NCBI GenBank assembly: GCA_963810605.1
Contig: CAWEOF010000002.1
Coordinates: 11,503 to 75,502, forward strand
Length of the DNA stretch: 64,000 nt
Reading direction: 5' to 3'
Source: an uncultured Actinomycetes bacterium
GTDB lineage: Bacteria > Actinomycetota > Thermoleophilia > Solirubrobacterales > Solirubrobacteraceae
In this document: piece after piece, positions 19,322 through 28,224 of the stretch
How positions within the stretch are numbered: the first letter of the stretch is position 1
Layout of the letters: each line of letters starts with the position of its first letter
Made by a program: the position numbers and the translations under genes
Notes under the pieces: generated by a model
Database searches by the model: none
What the model saw: the letters and a program-made list of their open reading frames with translations, nothing else
Told to the model about the DNA's origin: nothing

Positions 19322-20506
19322 ATGAGACTGCTGTTCGTCCTCGACCAATGGCCGGAGCTCTCGGAGACGTTCGTCGTCAACGAGCTCGCGGCGCTGCGCC
19401 GCCAGGGGCATGCCGTGCGGGTGCAGGCCGCGCGGCTCGCGCCGCACCCGAATCCGGAGGCGCCGGCCGACGTCGACGTCGAGGTGCTCGGCGAGGGTTC
19501 GTGGCGCGATCTCGCCTGGCTCGCCGCGCGCCGGCCTGGCGCGTGCGCGCGCGACGTGGTTCGCCGCCGGGGGCGCGGGCGCGAGGAGTGGGTGCGGCCG
19601 CTGCGGGCGCTCGCCGGCCCGGCGCGGCGGATCCTCGGCGAGGGCGACGAGCACCTGCATGCCCATTTCGCCGCCGGCGCGGCGCTCGATGCGATGCGGC
19701 TGTCGGCGCTGACGGGGCGCCCGTACAGCGTTACGGCGCACGCGTACGACATCTTCGCCCAGCCGCGCAACCTCGACGAGAAGCTCTCGCGGGCGGCGGC
19801 GGTCTTCACCGGCTGCACCTACAACCTCGTGCGCCTGCGCGAGCTCGTCCCGCGCGCGGACGTGCACGAGGTCGTCATGGGCGTCGACTCGGACGCCTTC
19901 ACGCGCGGTGCGCCGCTGCCCGGGGGGCGCACGGTGCTCGCCGTCGGCCGGCTTGTCGAGAAGAAGGGCTTCGACGTGCTCGTCGACGCGGCCGCGCTCG
20001 TCGGCGACGTCGAGGTGCGGATCCTCGGCGACGGGCCGCTGCGCGCGGAGCTCGAGCGCCGGATCGCTGCCGCCGGGGCGCCCGTCGAGCTGCTCGGCTC
20101 GCGCCCGCCCGCCGCGGTCCTCGCCGCGATGGAGGAGGCCGACGTCCTCGCGATGCCGTGCGTCGTCGCGCGCGACGGCGATCGCGACTCGATGCCGGTC
20201 GTCGTCAAGGAGGCGATGGCGATGGGGCTGCTCGTCGTGGCGAGCGACGAGGTCGGCCTGCCGGAATGCGTGCTCGCGCCGTGGGGCTTTCTCGCTGCGC
20301 CCGGCGCTGCCGAGGAGCTGGCGGCGGCGCTGCGGTCGGCGCTGGCGCTGGGCTCGGCGGAGCGGCGGGCGGCGGGCGAGGCCGCGCGAGCGTGGGTGCG
20401 CGAGCACGCCGACGTCGATCGCGAGACCGCGCGGATGGCGGAGGTCATCGCCTCGAAGCTTGCGCTCCGGACGCGGGCGGGACGAGCACGCGCAGCCGCG
20501 CGCTGA
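19322..20506 (+). CDS. Glycosyltransferase family 4 (GT1-fold, WcaL-like)
   Basis: MRLLFVLDQWPELSETFVVNE..., EKKGFDVLVDA, and VARDGDRDSMPVVVKEAMAMGLLVVAS (E-x7-E region). Confidence 0.85.
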   Translation: MRLLFVLDQWPELSETFVVNELAALRRQGHAVRVQAARLAPHPNPEAPADVDVEVLGEGSWRDLAWLAARRPGACARDVVRRRGRGREEWVRPLRALAGPARRILGEGDEHLHAHFAAGAALDAMRLSALTGRPYSVTAHAYDIFAQPRNLDEKLSRAAAVFTGCTYNLVRLRELVPRADVHEVVMGVDSDAFTRGAPLPGGRTVLAVGRLVEKKGFDVLVDAAALVGDVEVRILGDGPLRAELERRIAAAGAPVELLGSRPPAAVLAAMEEADVLAMPCVVARDGDRDSMPVVVKEAMAMGLLVVASDEVGLPECVLAPWGFLAAPGAAEELAAALRSALALGSAERRAAGEAARAWVREHADVDRETARMAEVIASKLALRTRAGRARAAAR

Positions 20507-22490
20507 GCGCGATCGTGCGCCAGCCGGCGTCGAGGGCCCAGCGCTGCTCGCGCGTGTCCTGCGGCGGGTAGAAGCCGCGCCCGACGACGATGACGTCGTA
20601 GCGCCCGCGCTCGAGCGCGGCCTGGAAGCGCTGCTCGGTCGGGTACTTGCGCAGGAAGCCGTCGAAGTAGCCGATGTACTCGACCTCGTTGCCGATCGTC
20701 GTGCCGAACGCCGGCCAGATCGGCGTCAGCCCGCTCAGCGACCAGTCGGCCGCCAGGCCGATCCGCTTGCCCTCCGGGGCGACCTTCAGCAGCGCGTCGA
20801 TGGCGGTGTCGGACCCGAGGTAGCGCGCGTCGTTGACGCGCTGCTCGATGCGGTGGCCCGCGGCCAGCAGCACGAGCGCGGTCGCCACGGCGGCGGTGCC
20901 GAGCAAGGGGACGTTGCGCCGCGCGCGCCACAGCACTGCGCCGCCGGCCGCGACGACCGCGAGGCCGACCGCGGCGAGCGCGACGTCGCGGACGCCCTGG
21001 ACCTCGTAGCCGCTGTAGGCGCCCGCCGCCACGCAGGCGAGGAGCGCGAGCTGCAAGGCGCGCGCGACGAGCCGCGGCAGGCGGCCGATCGTCCATGCGA
21101 GGACGGGCGCGAGCAGGATGATGATCGGTACGGCGTAGCGCGTGTTGCCGCTGGCGAGCGACGGGTCTCCGGGGTTGCCGAGCGCCGTCCCCGGCAGCCA
21201 CGCGTAGACCGGGACGAGCGCGACCGCGGCCACCGAGAGCCAGGCGATCCGGCGGTCCACGGGGCGGCGATTGAGGACGGTGGCGGCGAGCAGCCCGACC
21301 GCGCAGACGATCGCGAGCAGGCCGAGGCCGTCGAACACCTCGCCGGCAAGCTGTCCCCAGACCGACGGATCGTCGACGTAGTCCAGGATGCTGAAGCCGA
21401 CCTGCTCGACGACGACGTCGCGCGGGGCGTCGAAGATCGTCACCCCGAACGGCGCGATCTTCACCGGGAAGACAGGGTTGGCGGACTCCACGAGGTTGCG
21501 CGCGAGCCAGGCCGCGTCGCCGAGCAGCGCGAGCCCGCCGACGAGCAGCCCGTCGCGCAGCGCGCGCGGTTCGCGGCTGATCAGTCGGGCTGCGGCCCAG
21601 ACGACGACGAGCACGCCGACCGAGCTGATGCCGTACCACTTCGTCCCGAAGGCGATCGCGAGCGCGGTGGCGGCGAGGACGAGATCCGAGCGCCGGCGCG
21701 TGCGCGCGTGGCGCAGGAGGAAGAGGACGCCGCACGCGTAGGTCGCCCAGAGCAGCGAGTCCGGAAGCGCCCGCGGGATCGTCGCGATGCCGACGACCGG
21801 CAGGCAGACGACGGCCGCGGCCGCGAGGACGGACGCCGCCGCCGGCGCTCTGAGCTCGCGTGCGACGGCGGCGATCGCGACGGCAGCGACGACGAGGAAG
21901 AAGCAGATCGGCGCGCGGACGAGGAAGTCGTTGTGCCACGGCAGGACCGTGCTCAGCAGGACGACGTCGCCGTTGTTCGGGTAGTTGCCGTGGGCGAGCA
22001 GCGGGACGAACTGGTCGATCTGCCAGAGCGAGCCGGTCTGGATCCAGCGACCGATGTTCGGCAGGTGGAACGTCAGCGGGTCGACGCCGACGATCTCGTC
22101 GCCGGCCCAGCGTCCGAGGTCGGCGACGAAGGCGACGATCGCGATGGTCGCGGCCGTGCCGGCGACGGCCCACTCGAAGCGGCCCCCGGAGGGGACGGGC
22201 TCGCGCTCCTGCGGCGGGTCGGGCTGCTGCCTGCGTGCGATGCGCGTCGCGAGCGCGACCGCGAGCACGGCGGATGCGAGCGCGGTGGCGCGATCGAGGA
22301 TCCCGAGCGCCAGCGGGAGGAGGTGGACGGCGATGAGCACGGCCGTCGCGATGACGACCGCCGCGAGGACGCGCTCGAGGCGGTCGAGGTGCCCGAGCCG
22401 GCGGTGGGCGACGATCGCCGCTGTCGCGGTGACGGCGAGCAGCATCGCCACGAAGAGGACCGTGCCGATGAGGAAGTCCTCGGTGGGCAT
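20445..22490 (-). CDS. Polytopic membrane protein, GT-C-type glycosyltransferase-like
   Basis: 681 aa with more than 10 predicted TM helices, an acidic first loop (GDEIVGVDP) and a soluble C-terminal domain. The convergent 62-nt overlap with the GT4 gene end means one of the two termini may be shorter. Confidence 0.5.
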   Translation of the reverse strand: MPTEDFLIGTVLFVAMLLAVTATAAIVAHRRLGHLDRLERVLAAVVIATAVLIAVHLLPLALGILDRATALASAVLAVALATRIARRQQPDPPQEREPVPSGGRFEWAVAGTAATIAIVAFVADLGRWAGDEIVGVDPLTFHLPNIGRWIQTGSLWQIDQFVPLLAHGNYPNNGDVVLLSTVLPWHNDFLVRAPICFFLVVAAVAIAAVARELRAPAAASVLAAAAVVCLPVVGIATIPRALPDSLLWATYACGVLFLLRHARTRRRSDLVLAATALAIAFGTKWYGISSVGVLVVVWAAARLISREPRALRDGLLVGGLALLGDAAWLARNLVESANPVFPVKIAPFGVTIFDAPRDVVVEQVGFSILDYVDDPSVWGQLAGEVFDGLGLLAIVCAVGLLAATVLNRRPVDRRIAWLSVAAVALVPVYAWLPGTALGNPGDPSLASGNTRYAVPIIILLAPVLAWTIGRLPRLVARALQLALLACVAAGAYSGYEVQGVRDVALAAVGLAVVAAGGAVLWRARRNVPLLGTAAVATALVLLAAGHRIEQRVNDARYLGSDTAIDALLKVAPEGKRIGLAADWSLSGLTPIWPAFGTTIGNEVEYIGYFDGFLRKYPTEQRFQAALERGRYDVIVVGRGFYPPQDTREQRWALDAGWRTIALSARLRVLVPPASGAQASRR

Positions 22491-22609
22491 GCCGGGCGCA
22501 GGCTAAGCGACGGCCGTCGTACGCGATGCCGTTGTGGTCGCCGCGGCCGGCTCGGCGGCGACACCCGCTGCGCCGCTGCGGCCGGTTCGGCGGCGATGCC
22601 AGGGGGTGT

Positions 22610-22644
22610 GGCGAAAAACGACGACATGGTGGACGTTTTTCGCC
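22610..22644. promoter_or_regulatory. A/T-rich perfect inverted repeat in a divergent promoter region
   Basis: GGCGAAAAACG-N13-CGTTTTTCGCC, followed by GACCCC-ccgt-GGGGTC. It ends 25 nt before the GT2 ATG (22669). Confidence 0.4.
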
Positions 22645-22668
22645 AGACCCCCCGTGGGGTCCGGTCGG

Positions 22669-23676
22669 ATGGGGCCGTATCGTGGCGCCACAGTGTCAGA
22701 TCGCTCGCGGCTCTCGGTTCTCATCGTCACGTATGACCATGGCGAGGAGATCGACGCGTGCCTGGACGGCGTGCTCGCGCAGGGGCCGGGTGTCGAGGTC
22801 GTCGTCGTCGATAACGCGTCGCGCGACGACACGGTGGCGCGCGTGGGTGCGCGCGAAGGCGTGCGGCTTGTCGAGATGGGGTTCAACCGCGGTTTTGCCG
22901 CGGGGATGAACGCGGCGTTTGCCGGGTGCGGTGGCGAGCATGTGCTGATCCTCAATCCGGACTGCGTGATGGAGGCCGGGTGCGCCGCGGCGTTGCGCGA
23001 TCATCTGCGCGCGCAGCCGGGGGTTGGTCTGGCCGCTGCGCTCCTGCATGACCTCGACGGGACGCCGCAGCTGTTCGCCCGCCGCCAGATCGGCCTGGGC
23101 GGGGCGCTGTGGGCGTTGACGACGGTGGGGCGACGGCTGGACGGGGTGCTGGGCGGGCGCGCGCTCGCGTGGCGGCGCTATGAGGATCTGTGGGCCGGCG
23201 GTCCGCCGTGCGCGCCTGTTGCGGTGTTCTGCCCGGCGGCGGCTTGCGTGATGGCGGCTCGCGAGGATCTTGAGCCCGCGCCGTTTGACGAGCGCTTCCC
23301 GCTGTTCTTCAATGACGGCGACCTGTGCGCGCGGCTGCTGGCGCGCGGACGTCGCGCGGAGGTCGTGCCCGCGGCGCGGGCGGCCCATGGCTACGGCACG
23401 AGCGTGTCGCGCGCCCAGCGGGCGGACCCCGCGCGTATGCGCGCCGAGTGGGTCGCGTCGCTGCGGCGCTACGCGCGGCGCTGGTGGGGTCGCCCGGCCC
23501 GCGCCGCGCTGCCGTTGGCGCTGCTCGCGGACGCGACCGTCGCGGCCGCGCTGTGCGTCGTGAAGCGCGAGGACCCGCGCGAGGTGCGCGGCACGCTCGG
23601 CGGCCTCGGCCTGCCCGGAGGCCCGCCGCCGCTGTTCACGCCGGTCCGGCGACTCGGCCGGGGGAGGCGGCCATGA
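22669..23676 (+). CDS. Glycosyltransferase family 2
   Basis: LSVLIVTYDHGEEIDACL, VVVVDNASRDDT and FNRGFAAGMNAAF. The stop overlaps the next ATG (ATGA). Confidence 0.85.
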   Translation: MGPYRGATVSDRSRLSVLIVTYDHGEEIDACLDGVLAQGPGVEVVVVDNASRDDTVARVGAREGVRLVEMGFNRGFAAGMNAAFAGCGGEHVLILNPDCVMEAGCAAALRDHLRAQPGVGLAAALLHDLDGTPQLFARRQIGLGGALWALTTVGRRLDGVLGGRALAWRRYEDLWAGGPPCAPVAVFCPAAACVMAAREDLEPAPFDERFPLFFNDGDLCARLLARGRRAEVVPAARAAHGYGTSVSRAQRADPARMRAEWVASLRRYARRWWGRPARAALPLALLADATVAAALCVVKREDPREVRGTLGGLGLPGGPPPLFTPVRRLGRGRRP

Positions 23677-25292
23677 GCGCCGCCGGCGCGCCGCCGCCCG
23701 AGCCGGCGCGCGGTGTCGCCGGCACGCCGCCCGAGGCTCCGCCGGCGGGTGGCGCCGCGCTGCCGGATCTCCCGCCACCGAACGGCGCAGCAGGCGTGCC
23801 GCCCGGGGCTCCGCCGCCGCCGCCGCCCGCCACCGGCCGCCCGGGCGCCGGCACGGGGCTGCGGATCCTCGCCGCGCGCGGGACCATCGTCAACGCGATC
23901 TTCCTCACGAGCGTCAACACGCTCGCGCTCATCCGCGGCTTCCTCGTCGCCGCGTTCCTCTCGACGACGGAGTACGGCGTCTGGGGGGTCGTGCTCGTCG
24001 TCCTCGCGACGCTGCAGTTCCTGCGCTCGATCGGGATCGGGGACAAGTACATCCAGCAGGACGAGCACGACCAGGAGGTCGCGTTTCGCAAGGCCATGAC
24101 GTTCGAGCTCGGCCTCGCCGCGATCGCGCTCGTCGTGGGGCTCGTGCTCGTGCCGGCCATGGCGGCGGCGTTCGGGACCCCTGAGATCCTCGCGCCGGCG
24201 CTCGTGTCGCTGCTCGTCGTGCCCGCATATGCCCTCCAGGCCCCGCTGTGGATCTTCTACCGCGAGCTGGACTTCGTCCGCCAGCGCAAGCTCCAGGCGA
24301 TCGATCCGATCCTCGGGTTCGTCATCGCCGTGGCGCTGCTCATCGCCGGCGCGGGCTACTGGGCGCTGATCGTCGGGATCGTCATCGGCGCCTGGGCCGG
24401 CGCGCTCGTGTCGGTGCGCGCATGCCCGTACAAGCTGGGATTCGCGTTCGACCGCGACACGCTCCGCGCCTACGCCTCGTTTAGCTGGCCGCTCGTGCTC
24501 GCCGGCGGGGCAGCGGTCGTCGTCGGGCAGGGGCTCCTGGCCGTCGGCGAGGCGAAGCTCGGCCTGGCCGGCGTCGGCATCATCGCGCTGGCGAGCGTCA
24601 TCTCGCAGTACTCCGACCGCGCCGACCAGGCGATCACGCAGACGATCTACCCGACGATCTGCGCCGTCAAGGACCGCGCCGACCTGCTCTACGAGGCGTT
24701 CGTGAAGTCCAACCGGCTCGCGCTCATGTGGGGGGCGCCGTTCGGCTTCGGCCTCGCGCTGTTCGCCGAGGACCTCGTCCAGTTCGCGATCGGGGAGCGC
24801 TGGCGGCCGGGGATCGGGCTCATGCAGGCGATCGGCGTGGCCGTCGCGATCCACCAGATCGGCTTCAACTGGGATGCGTTCTACCGTGCGCTGAACCGCA
24901 CGAAGCCGGTCGGCGTGGCGGCGGGCATCGCGATCGTCGCGTTCTGCGCGATCGCGCTGCCGCTGCTCGCGACCGAGGGCCTGCGCGGCCTCGCGCTCGC
25001 GACGCTGCTCGTCGAGGGCGTGAACTTCGCGGTGCGGATGTTCTACCTGCGCCGCTTGTTCCCGACGTTCAGGTTCATCCGCCACACCGCCCGCGCGCTC
25101 CTGCCGAGCGTCCCTGCGGCCGCACTCGTCATCGGGTTGCGACTCGCGTTCGGCGAGGAGTCGACGCTCCTCGCGGCGCTGGCGGTGCTCGCGCTCTACG
25201 TCCTCGTCACGCTCACCGCGACGGCGCTCCTCGAACGCAAGCTCCTGGGGGAGGTTCGCGCGTACCTGCGCCGGCGTCCGGCGGCCGCCTGA
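23673..25292 (+). CDS. Oligosaccharide flippase (MOP/Wzx-type polysaccharide biosynthesis protein)
   Basis: Pro-rich N-terminal tail, then about 12 TM helices with the Polysacc_synt-type start RGTIVNAIFLTSVNTLALIRGFLVAAFL. Confidence 0.75.
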   Translation: MSAAGAPPPEPARGVAGTPPEAPPAGGAALPDLPPPNGAAGVPPGAPPPPPPATGRPGAGTGLRILAARGTIVNAIFLTSVNTLALIRGFLVAAFLSTTEYGVWGVVLVVLATLQFLRSIGIGDKYIQQDEHDQEVAFRKAMTFELGLAAIALVVGLVLVPAMAAAFGTPEILAPALVSLLVVPAYALQAPLWIFYRELDFVRQRKLQAIDPILGFVIAVALLIAGAGYWALIVGIVIGAWAGALVSVRACPYKLGFAFDRDTLRAYASFSWPLVLAGGAAVVVGQGLLAVGEAKLGLAGVGIIALASVISQYSDRADQAITQTIYPTICAVKDRADLLYEAFVKSNRLALMWGAPFGFGLALFAEDLVQFAIGERWRPGIGLMQAIGVAVAIHQIGFNWDAFYRALNRTKPVGVAAGIAIVAFCAIALPLLATEGLRGLALATLLVEGVNFAVRMFYLRRLFPTFRFIRHTARALLPSVPAAALVIGLRLAFGEESTLLAALAVLALYVLVTLTATALLERKLLGEVRAYLRRRPAAA

Positions 25293-25311
25293 GTGCGCGG
25301 CGCGGCGCTGC

Positions 25312-25644
25312 TCAGCCCCGCTTGCGGCCCAGCGCGCGCTTGAGCTGCGCCTTCGTCATCTTCGAGCGACCCTCGATCCCGACCTTTCTGGCGCGGTCGT
25401 AGAGGTCCTGCTTGGTCGGCTCGTCGTGCGAGCGCTCGCCGCCGCGGGCGCTTGAGGACTTGCCGCGCGTCGAGGACGCCGACGCCGTCCGCGTCTCGCC
25501 GGCACGGGCCCGTTCGCGGTTGACGGTGCGCGCGGCCTTCTCCTCGGCGCGCTTCTCGGATGCCCCCGCCTCCTTCGCGGAGTCCTTGATGTGCTCGTAC
25601 TGGCGGGCACGCTTCGTGCCCTTCTTGACGCCTGCCGGGGGCAT
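25312..25644 (-). CDS. Small basic protein with a Rho_N-like C-terminal motif
   Basis: GAGGAGGA Shine-Dalgarno. C-terminal DLYDRARKVGIEGRSKMTKAQLKRAL resembles the Rho N-terminal helical motif found in small actinobacterial proteins. Confidence 0.5.
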   Translation of the reverse strand: MPPAGVKKGTKRARQYEHIKDSAKEAGASEKRAEEKAARTVNRERARAGETRTASASSTRGKSSSARGGERSHDEPTKQDLYDRARKVGIEGRSKMTKAQLKRALGRKRG

Positions 25645-25718
25645 GGTCCTCCTCGAAGATCGGGTACACCGGTCCGCTTACCCGGGTCCCGGCGGCCGAT
25701 ATGCGCTGAACTGCCGCC

Positions 25719-26129
25719 ATGCGACGAACCGCCATCGGAGAGCTCGCGGCGATCTTCGCCGGCGGGTTCGCCGGGGCGATCGCACGGGTCGCGCTCGCGG
25801 AGAGCGCCGCGGCCGACCCCGCGCAGTGGCCGTGGGCGACGTTCGTCGCGAACGTGGCGGGCGCGCTCGTGCTGGGCTACGTCGCCGAGCGAGTGCGCGA
25901 TCGCCGTTCGCGGCTGCTGCTCGCAACGGGCCTGTGCGGTGCCCTGACGACGTTCTCGACGCTGCAGCTCGAGCTGCTGTGGATGCTCGACGCCGGCAGC
26001 TACGCGCTGACCGCCACGTACGCGCTGGCGAGCGTGAGCGCCGGCCTCGTCGCGGTCGCGATCGGGCGTGCGATCGCAGGTGGCGCGGGGCTTGGCGCGC
26101 CCGCGCGCGACGGAGGGCGCGGCGCATGA
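25719..26129 (+). CDS. crcB: Fluoride channel CrcB/FluC, subunit 1
   Basis: FAGGFAGAIAR, FVANVAGALVLG and GLCGALTTFSTLQLE. Confidence 0.9.
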   Translation: MRRTAIGELAAIFAGGFAGAIARVALAESAAADPAQWPWATFVANVAGALVLGYVAERVRDRRSRLLLATGLCGALTTFSTLQLELLWMLDAGSYALTATYALASVSAGLVAVAIGRAIAGGAGLGAPARDGGRGA

Positions 26130-26491
26130 GCGCTGTGCTCTGGCTGGCGGTCGGCGTGCTCGGCGGCGCCGGTGCGGTCGCGCGCTTCGTGCTCGACGGC
26201 GCGGTGACCCGACGGGTCGGCGGTGGGTTTCCCGCCGGCATCCTCGCCGTCAACGTGAGCGGCGCTCTCCTGCTCGGCGTGCTCGTGGGCGCCGGCCTTG
26301 ACGGTGACGCCGAGCGCGCGCTGGGGGCGGGCCTGCTCGGCTCGTACACGACGTTCAGCGCGTGGGTCTACGACAGCCACCGCCTCGCGGGGGAGCGGCG
26401 CCGCGCGCTCGCCCTGGCGAACCTCGCGGGTAGCCTCATCCTGGGGCTCGCCGCGGTCTGGCTCGGGCGAACGGTGGGATCGGCGCTGTGA
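26126..26491 (+). CDS. crcB: Fluoride channel CrcB/FluC, subunit 2
   Basis: ATGA overlap with subunit 1. GGAGAVARF, LAVNVSGALLLG and GSYTTFSAW. Confidence 0.9.
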   Translation: MSAVLWLAVGVLGGAGAVARFVLDGAVTRRVGGGFPAGILAVNVSGALLLGVLVGAGLDGDAERALGAGLLGSYTTFSAWVYDSHRLAGERRRALALANLAGSLILGLAAVWLGRTVGSAL

Positions 26492-26512
26492 GCTTGCAAC
26501 ACTTCCGGTGCG

Positions 26513-26992
26513 GTGCGAGAACCGTTCGATGAGCATCAGCGCACGTCCGTCGAGCGCCTGGTCGGGCGCGACATCGACGAGTCCACCGGCAAGGGACGCC
26601 CCTTGTCCGACCACGCACGCCAGTACGCGCGCTCGGTCGAGGCGTACCTGCAGGGCGGGGTCCGGCCGCGCTGGATGGAGCGCGCGATCGAGATCGACGC
26701 CGGGATCGAGCGCGAGCGGCGGCTGCTTGCGAGCGCCCGGGAGGAGTTGCGCGCGGCCTGCCGGCGCGACGGCGGCGACTTCGCGGGGCGCTGGGGCGCG
26801 CTCGCCGAATCGTGGCCGTTTCCCGCCGAGCTGATCGAGCTCGTCAACCAGCACAACGAGTGGTATCCGATCGAGCGCGACCTGCCGATGAACCCGCGCA
26901 CCGGCGAGTACGTCCGCGTCGGCGGGCGGTCGTACCGCCGGCCCGAGCTCGGCCCCGCGTGGGTGCTCGAGCAGTTCCCCGCCCGGGGCTGA
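26513..26992 (+). CDS. Hypothetical protein (N-terminal DUF1992/DnaJC28-like pattern)
   Basis: Codon bias is good. IDESTGKGRPL...PRWMERAIEI resembles DUF1992. The C-terminal NQHNEWYPIERDLPMNPRTGEYV segment is unassigned. Confidence 0.45.
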   Translation: MREPFDEHQRTSVERLVGRDIDESTGKGRPLSDHARQYARSVEAYLQGGVRPRWMERAIEIDAGIERERRLLASAREELRAACRRDGGDFAGRWGALAESWPFPAELIELVNQHNEWYPIERDLPMNPRTGEYVRVGGRSYRRPELGPAWVLEQFPARG

Positions 26993-27081
26993 GGGTTCGC
27001 GCGGGTCCTAAGCGCGGACCCAAGGGCCGAGGTGAGGCTCGCCGGGCGAGCGCGAATCGCGCGTGGGTCAGCGACCCACGA

Positions 27082-28224
27082 TCAGCGTTGCGCCGCCTCC
27101 AGGAGCATCGCGAGCAGCGCCAGATGCACCTCGCGCTCGATCTTCGGGTAGATCGCCGGCACCGGCTGAAAGCCACCCTCGCCGTCGGCGTCGCTGCCGC
27201 ATTCGAGCGTGAACGACGTCACCGAGTAGTCGTCTGTGATCGTGAACGCGAAGTCCGAGAACGTGCCGGTCGTCGGATACAGGGCGAGGCTCGGCTCGAC
27301 CGCGTACTCCGAACGCACCCGCGCCCGCCGGTCTGCGCCGGCGCCCTCGACGATCGCATCGTGCATGGCGGTGCCGATGCGGACGTGGCGCTCGAGCGCG
27401 GCCGCGGGGATGAACTCCCCATACGGTCCCGCCGTCGTGCCGTCGCGGCGGCCGTCCCAGACCGGGTTCTCGTAGTTCTGCGCCGGGTCGCGCGTCTGGT
27501 TGCCGTCCATGCCCCACGGAAACAGGAGCTTGCGGCTGAAGGAGTGCACGTCGACGAAGTACGCGATCCGCTGCTCGCGCAGGACGGTCGCGACGTTTCG
27601 GCATTCCGGCTCGGAGAGGGCGGCCGGGCCGACGTAGACCTGCGGGTCGCAGGGGTTCGTGGACGCCGAGTTGTTCGCCGCTCCGGACGCGGAGTAGTAG
27701 CGCTCGTAGTCCCAGGCGACGTCGTTGTTGCGGTTGGGATCCACGCCGCGGCAGGTCGACCCGGGCGGCGGCGGGCGGCGGTTCTTGCGCCACATCGCGT
27801 TGGCGGGCGACGACTGCGTGAACGCGCGGCCGTCGGGGTTGACGCACGCGATGACGTGCAGCTCGACGGATTCCAGGATCCGCTTGACGTCGGCGGCCGC
27901 GATCGAGACCGCGGCGTAGGGGATGTCGGGCGACGGCGCCGTGTCCGTGAAGGCGCCGATCGCGAGGCCGGTCTCGTTCTCGTAGGCGTCGAGCAGGCGC
28001 CGCAGGAGCGTGAGGAGGGCGTCGGGCGGGACCCACTCGCGCGCGTGCGCGCCGCCGATGAAGAGCACCGGCGTCGTGCCGCCGTTCGTGACGCGCACGG
28101 CGGAGACGCGGCGACCCTCGTGCGTCGGGTTCGCCAGCACCGTGCGGGTGCACAGCGACGGGTGGGCCGCGGCGAGCGCGCCCAGGCCGTCCTCGATCTC
28201 GCGGACCGTCGAGGGGTAGGCCAT
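27082..28224 (-). CDS. M14-family zinc carboxypeptidase
   Basis: VLFIGGAHAREWV (HxxE zinc site) and a DVHSF-type second His region. No signal peptide is visible. Confidence 0.85.
   Translation of the reverse strand: MAYPSTVREIEDGLGALAAAHPSLCTRTVLANPTHEGRRVSAVRVTNGGTTPVLFIGGAHAREWVPPDALLTLLRRLLDAYENETGLAIGAFTDTAPSPDIPYAAVSIAAADVKRILESVELHVIACVNPDGRAFTQSSPANAMWRKNRRPPPPGSTCRGVDPNRNNDVAWDYERYYSASGAANNSASTNPCDPQVYVGPAALSEPECRNVATVLREQRIAYFVDVHSFSRKLLFPWGMDGNQTRDPAQNYENPVWDGRRDGTTAGPYGEFIPAAALERHVRIGTAMHDAIVEGAGADRRARVRSEYAVEPSLALYPTTGTFSDFAFTITDDYSVTSFTLECGSDADGEGGFQPVPAIYPKIEREVHLALLAMLLEAAQR

Noticed and set aside
17228-20506. 1092-aa ORF on the plus strand, with similar giant ORFs at 14703..16664, 19819..22173, 19908..22736, 35278..37254 and 60041..62464.
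   Set aside because: The translations are Arg/Ala/Gly/Pro-rich with no motifs, and they run antisense to or out of frame with genes that have clear family signatures. Only the last 395 codons of 17228..20506 (the GT4 gene from ATG 19322) look real. Such ORFs are expected in very GC-rich DNA, where stop codons are rare.
25645-25718. Fluoride (crcB-motif) riboswitch upstream of the crcB pair.
   Set aside because: The 74-nt gap also has to hold the divergent gene's Shine-Dalgarno and promoter. I could not lay the conserved riboswitch elements (the GAUG-containing P1 region, the AACCGCC-type segment and the CUGAUGA segment) onto the sequence in the right order. A covariance-model scan (Rfam RF01734) would be decisive.
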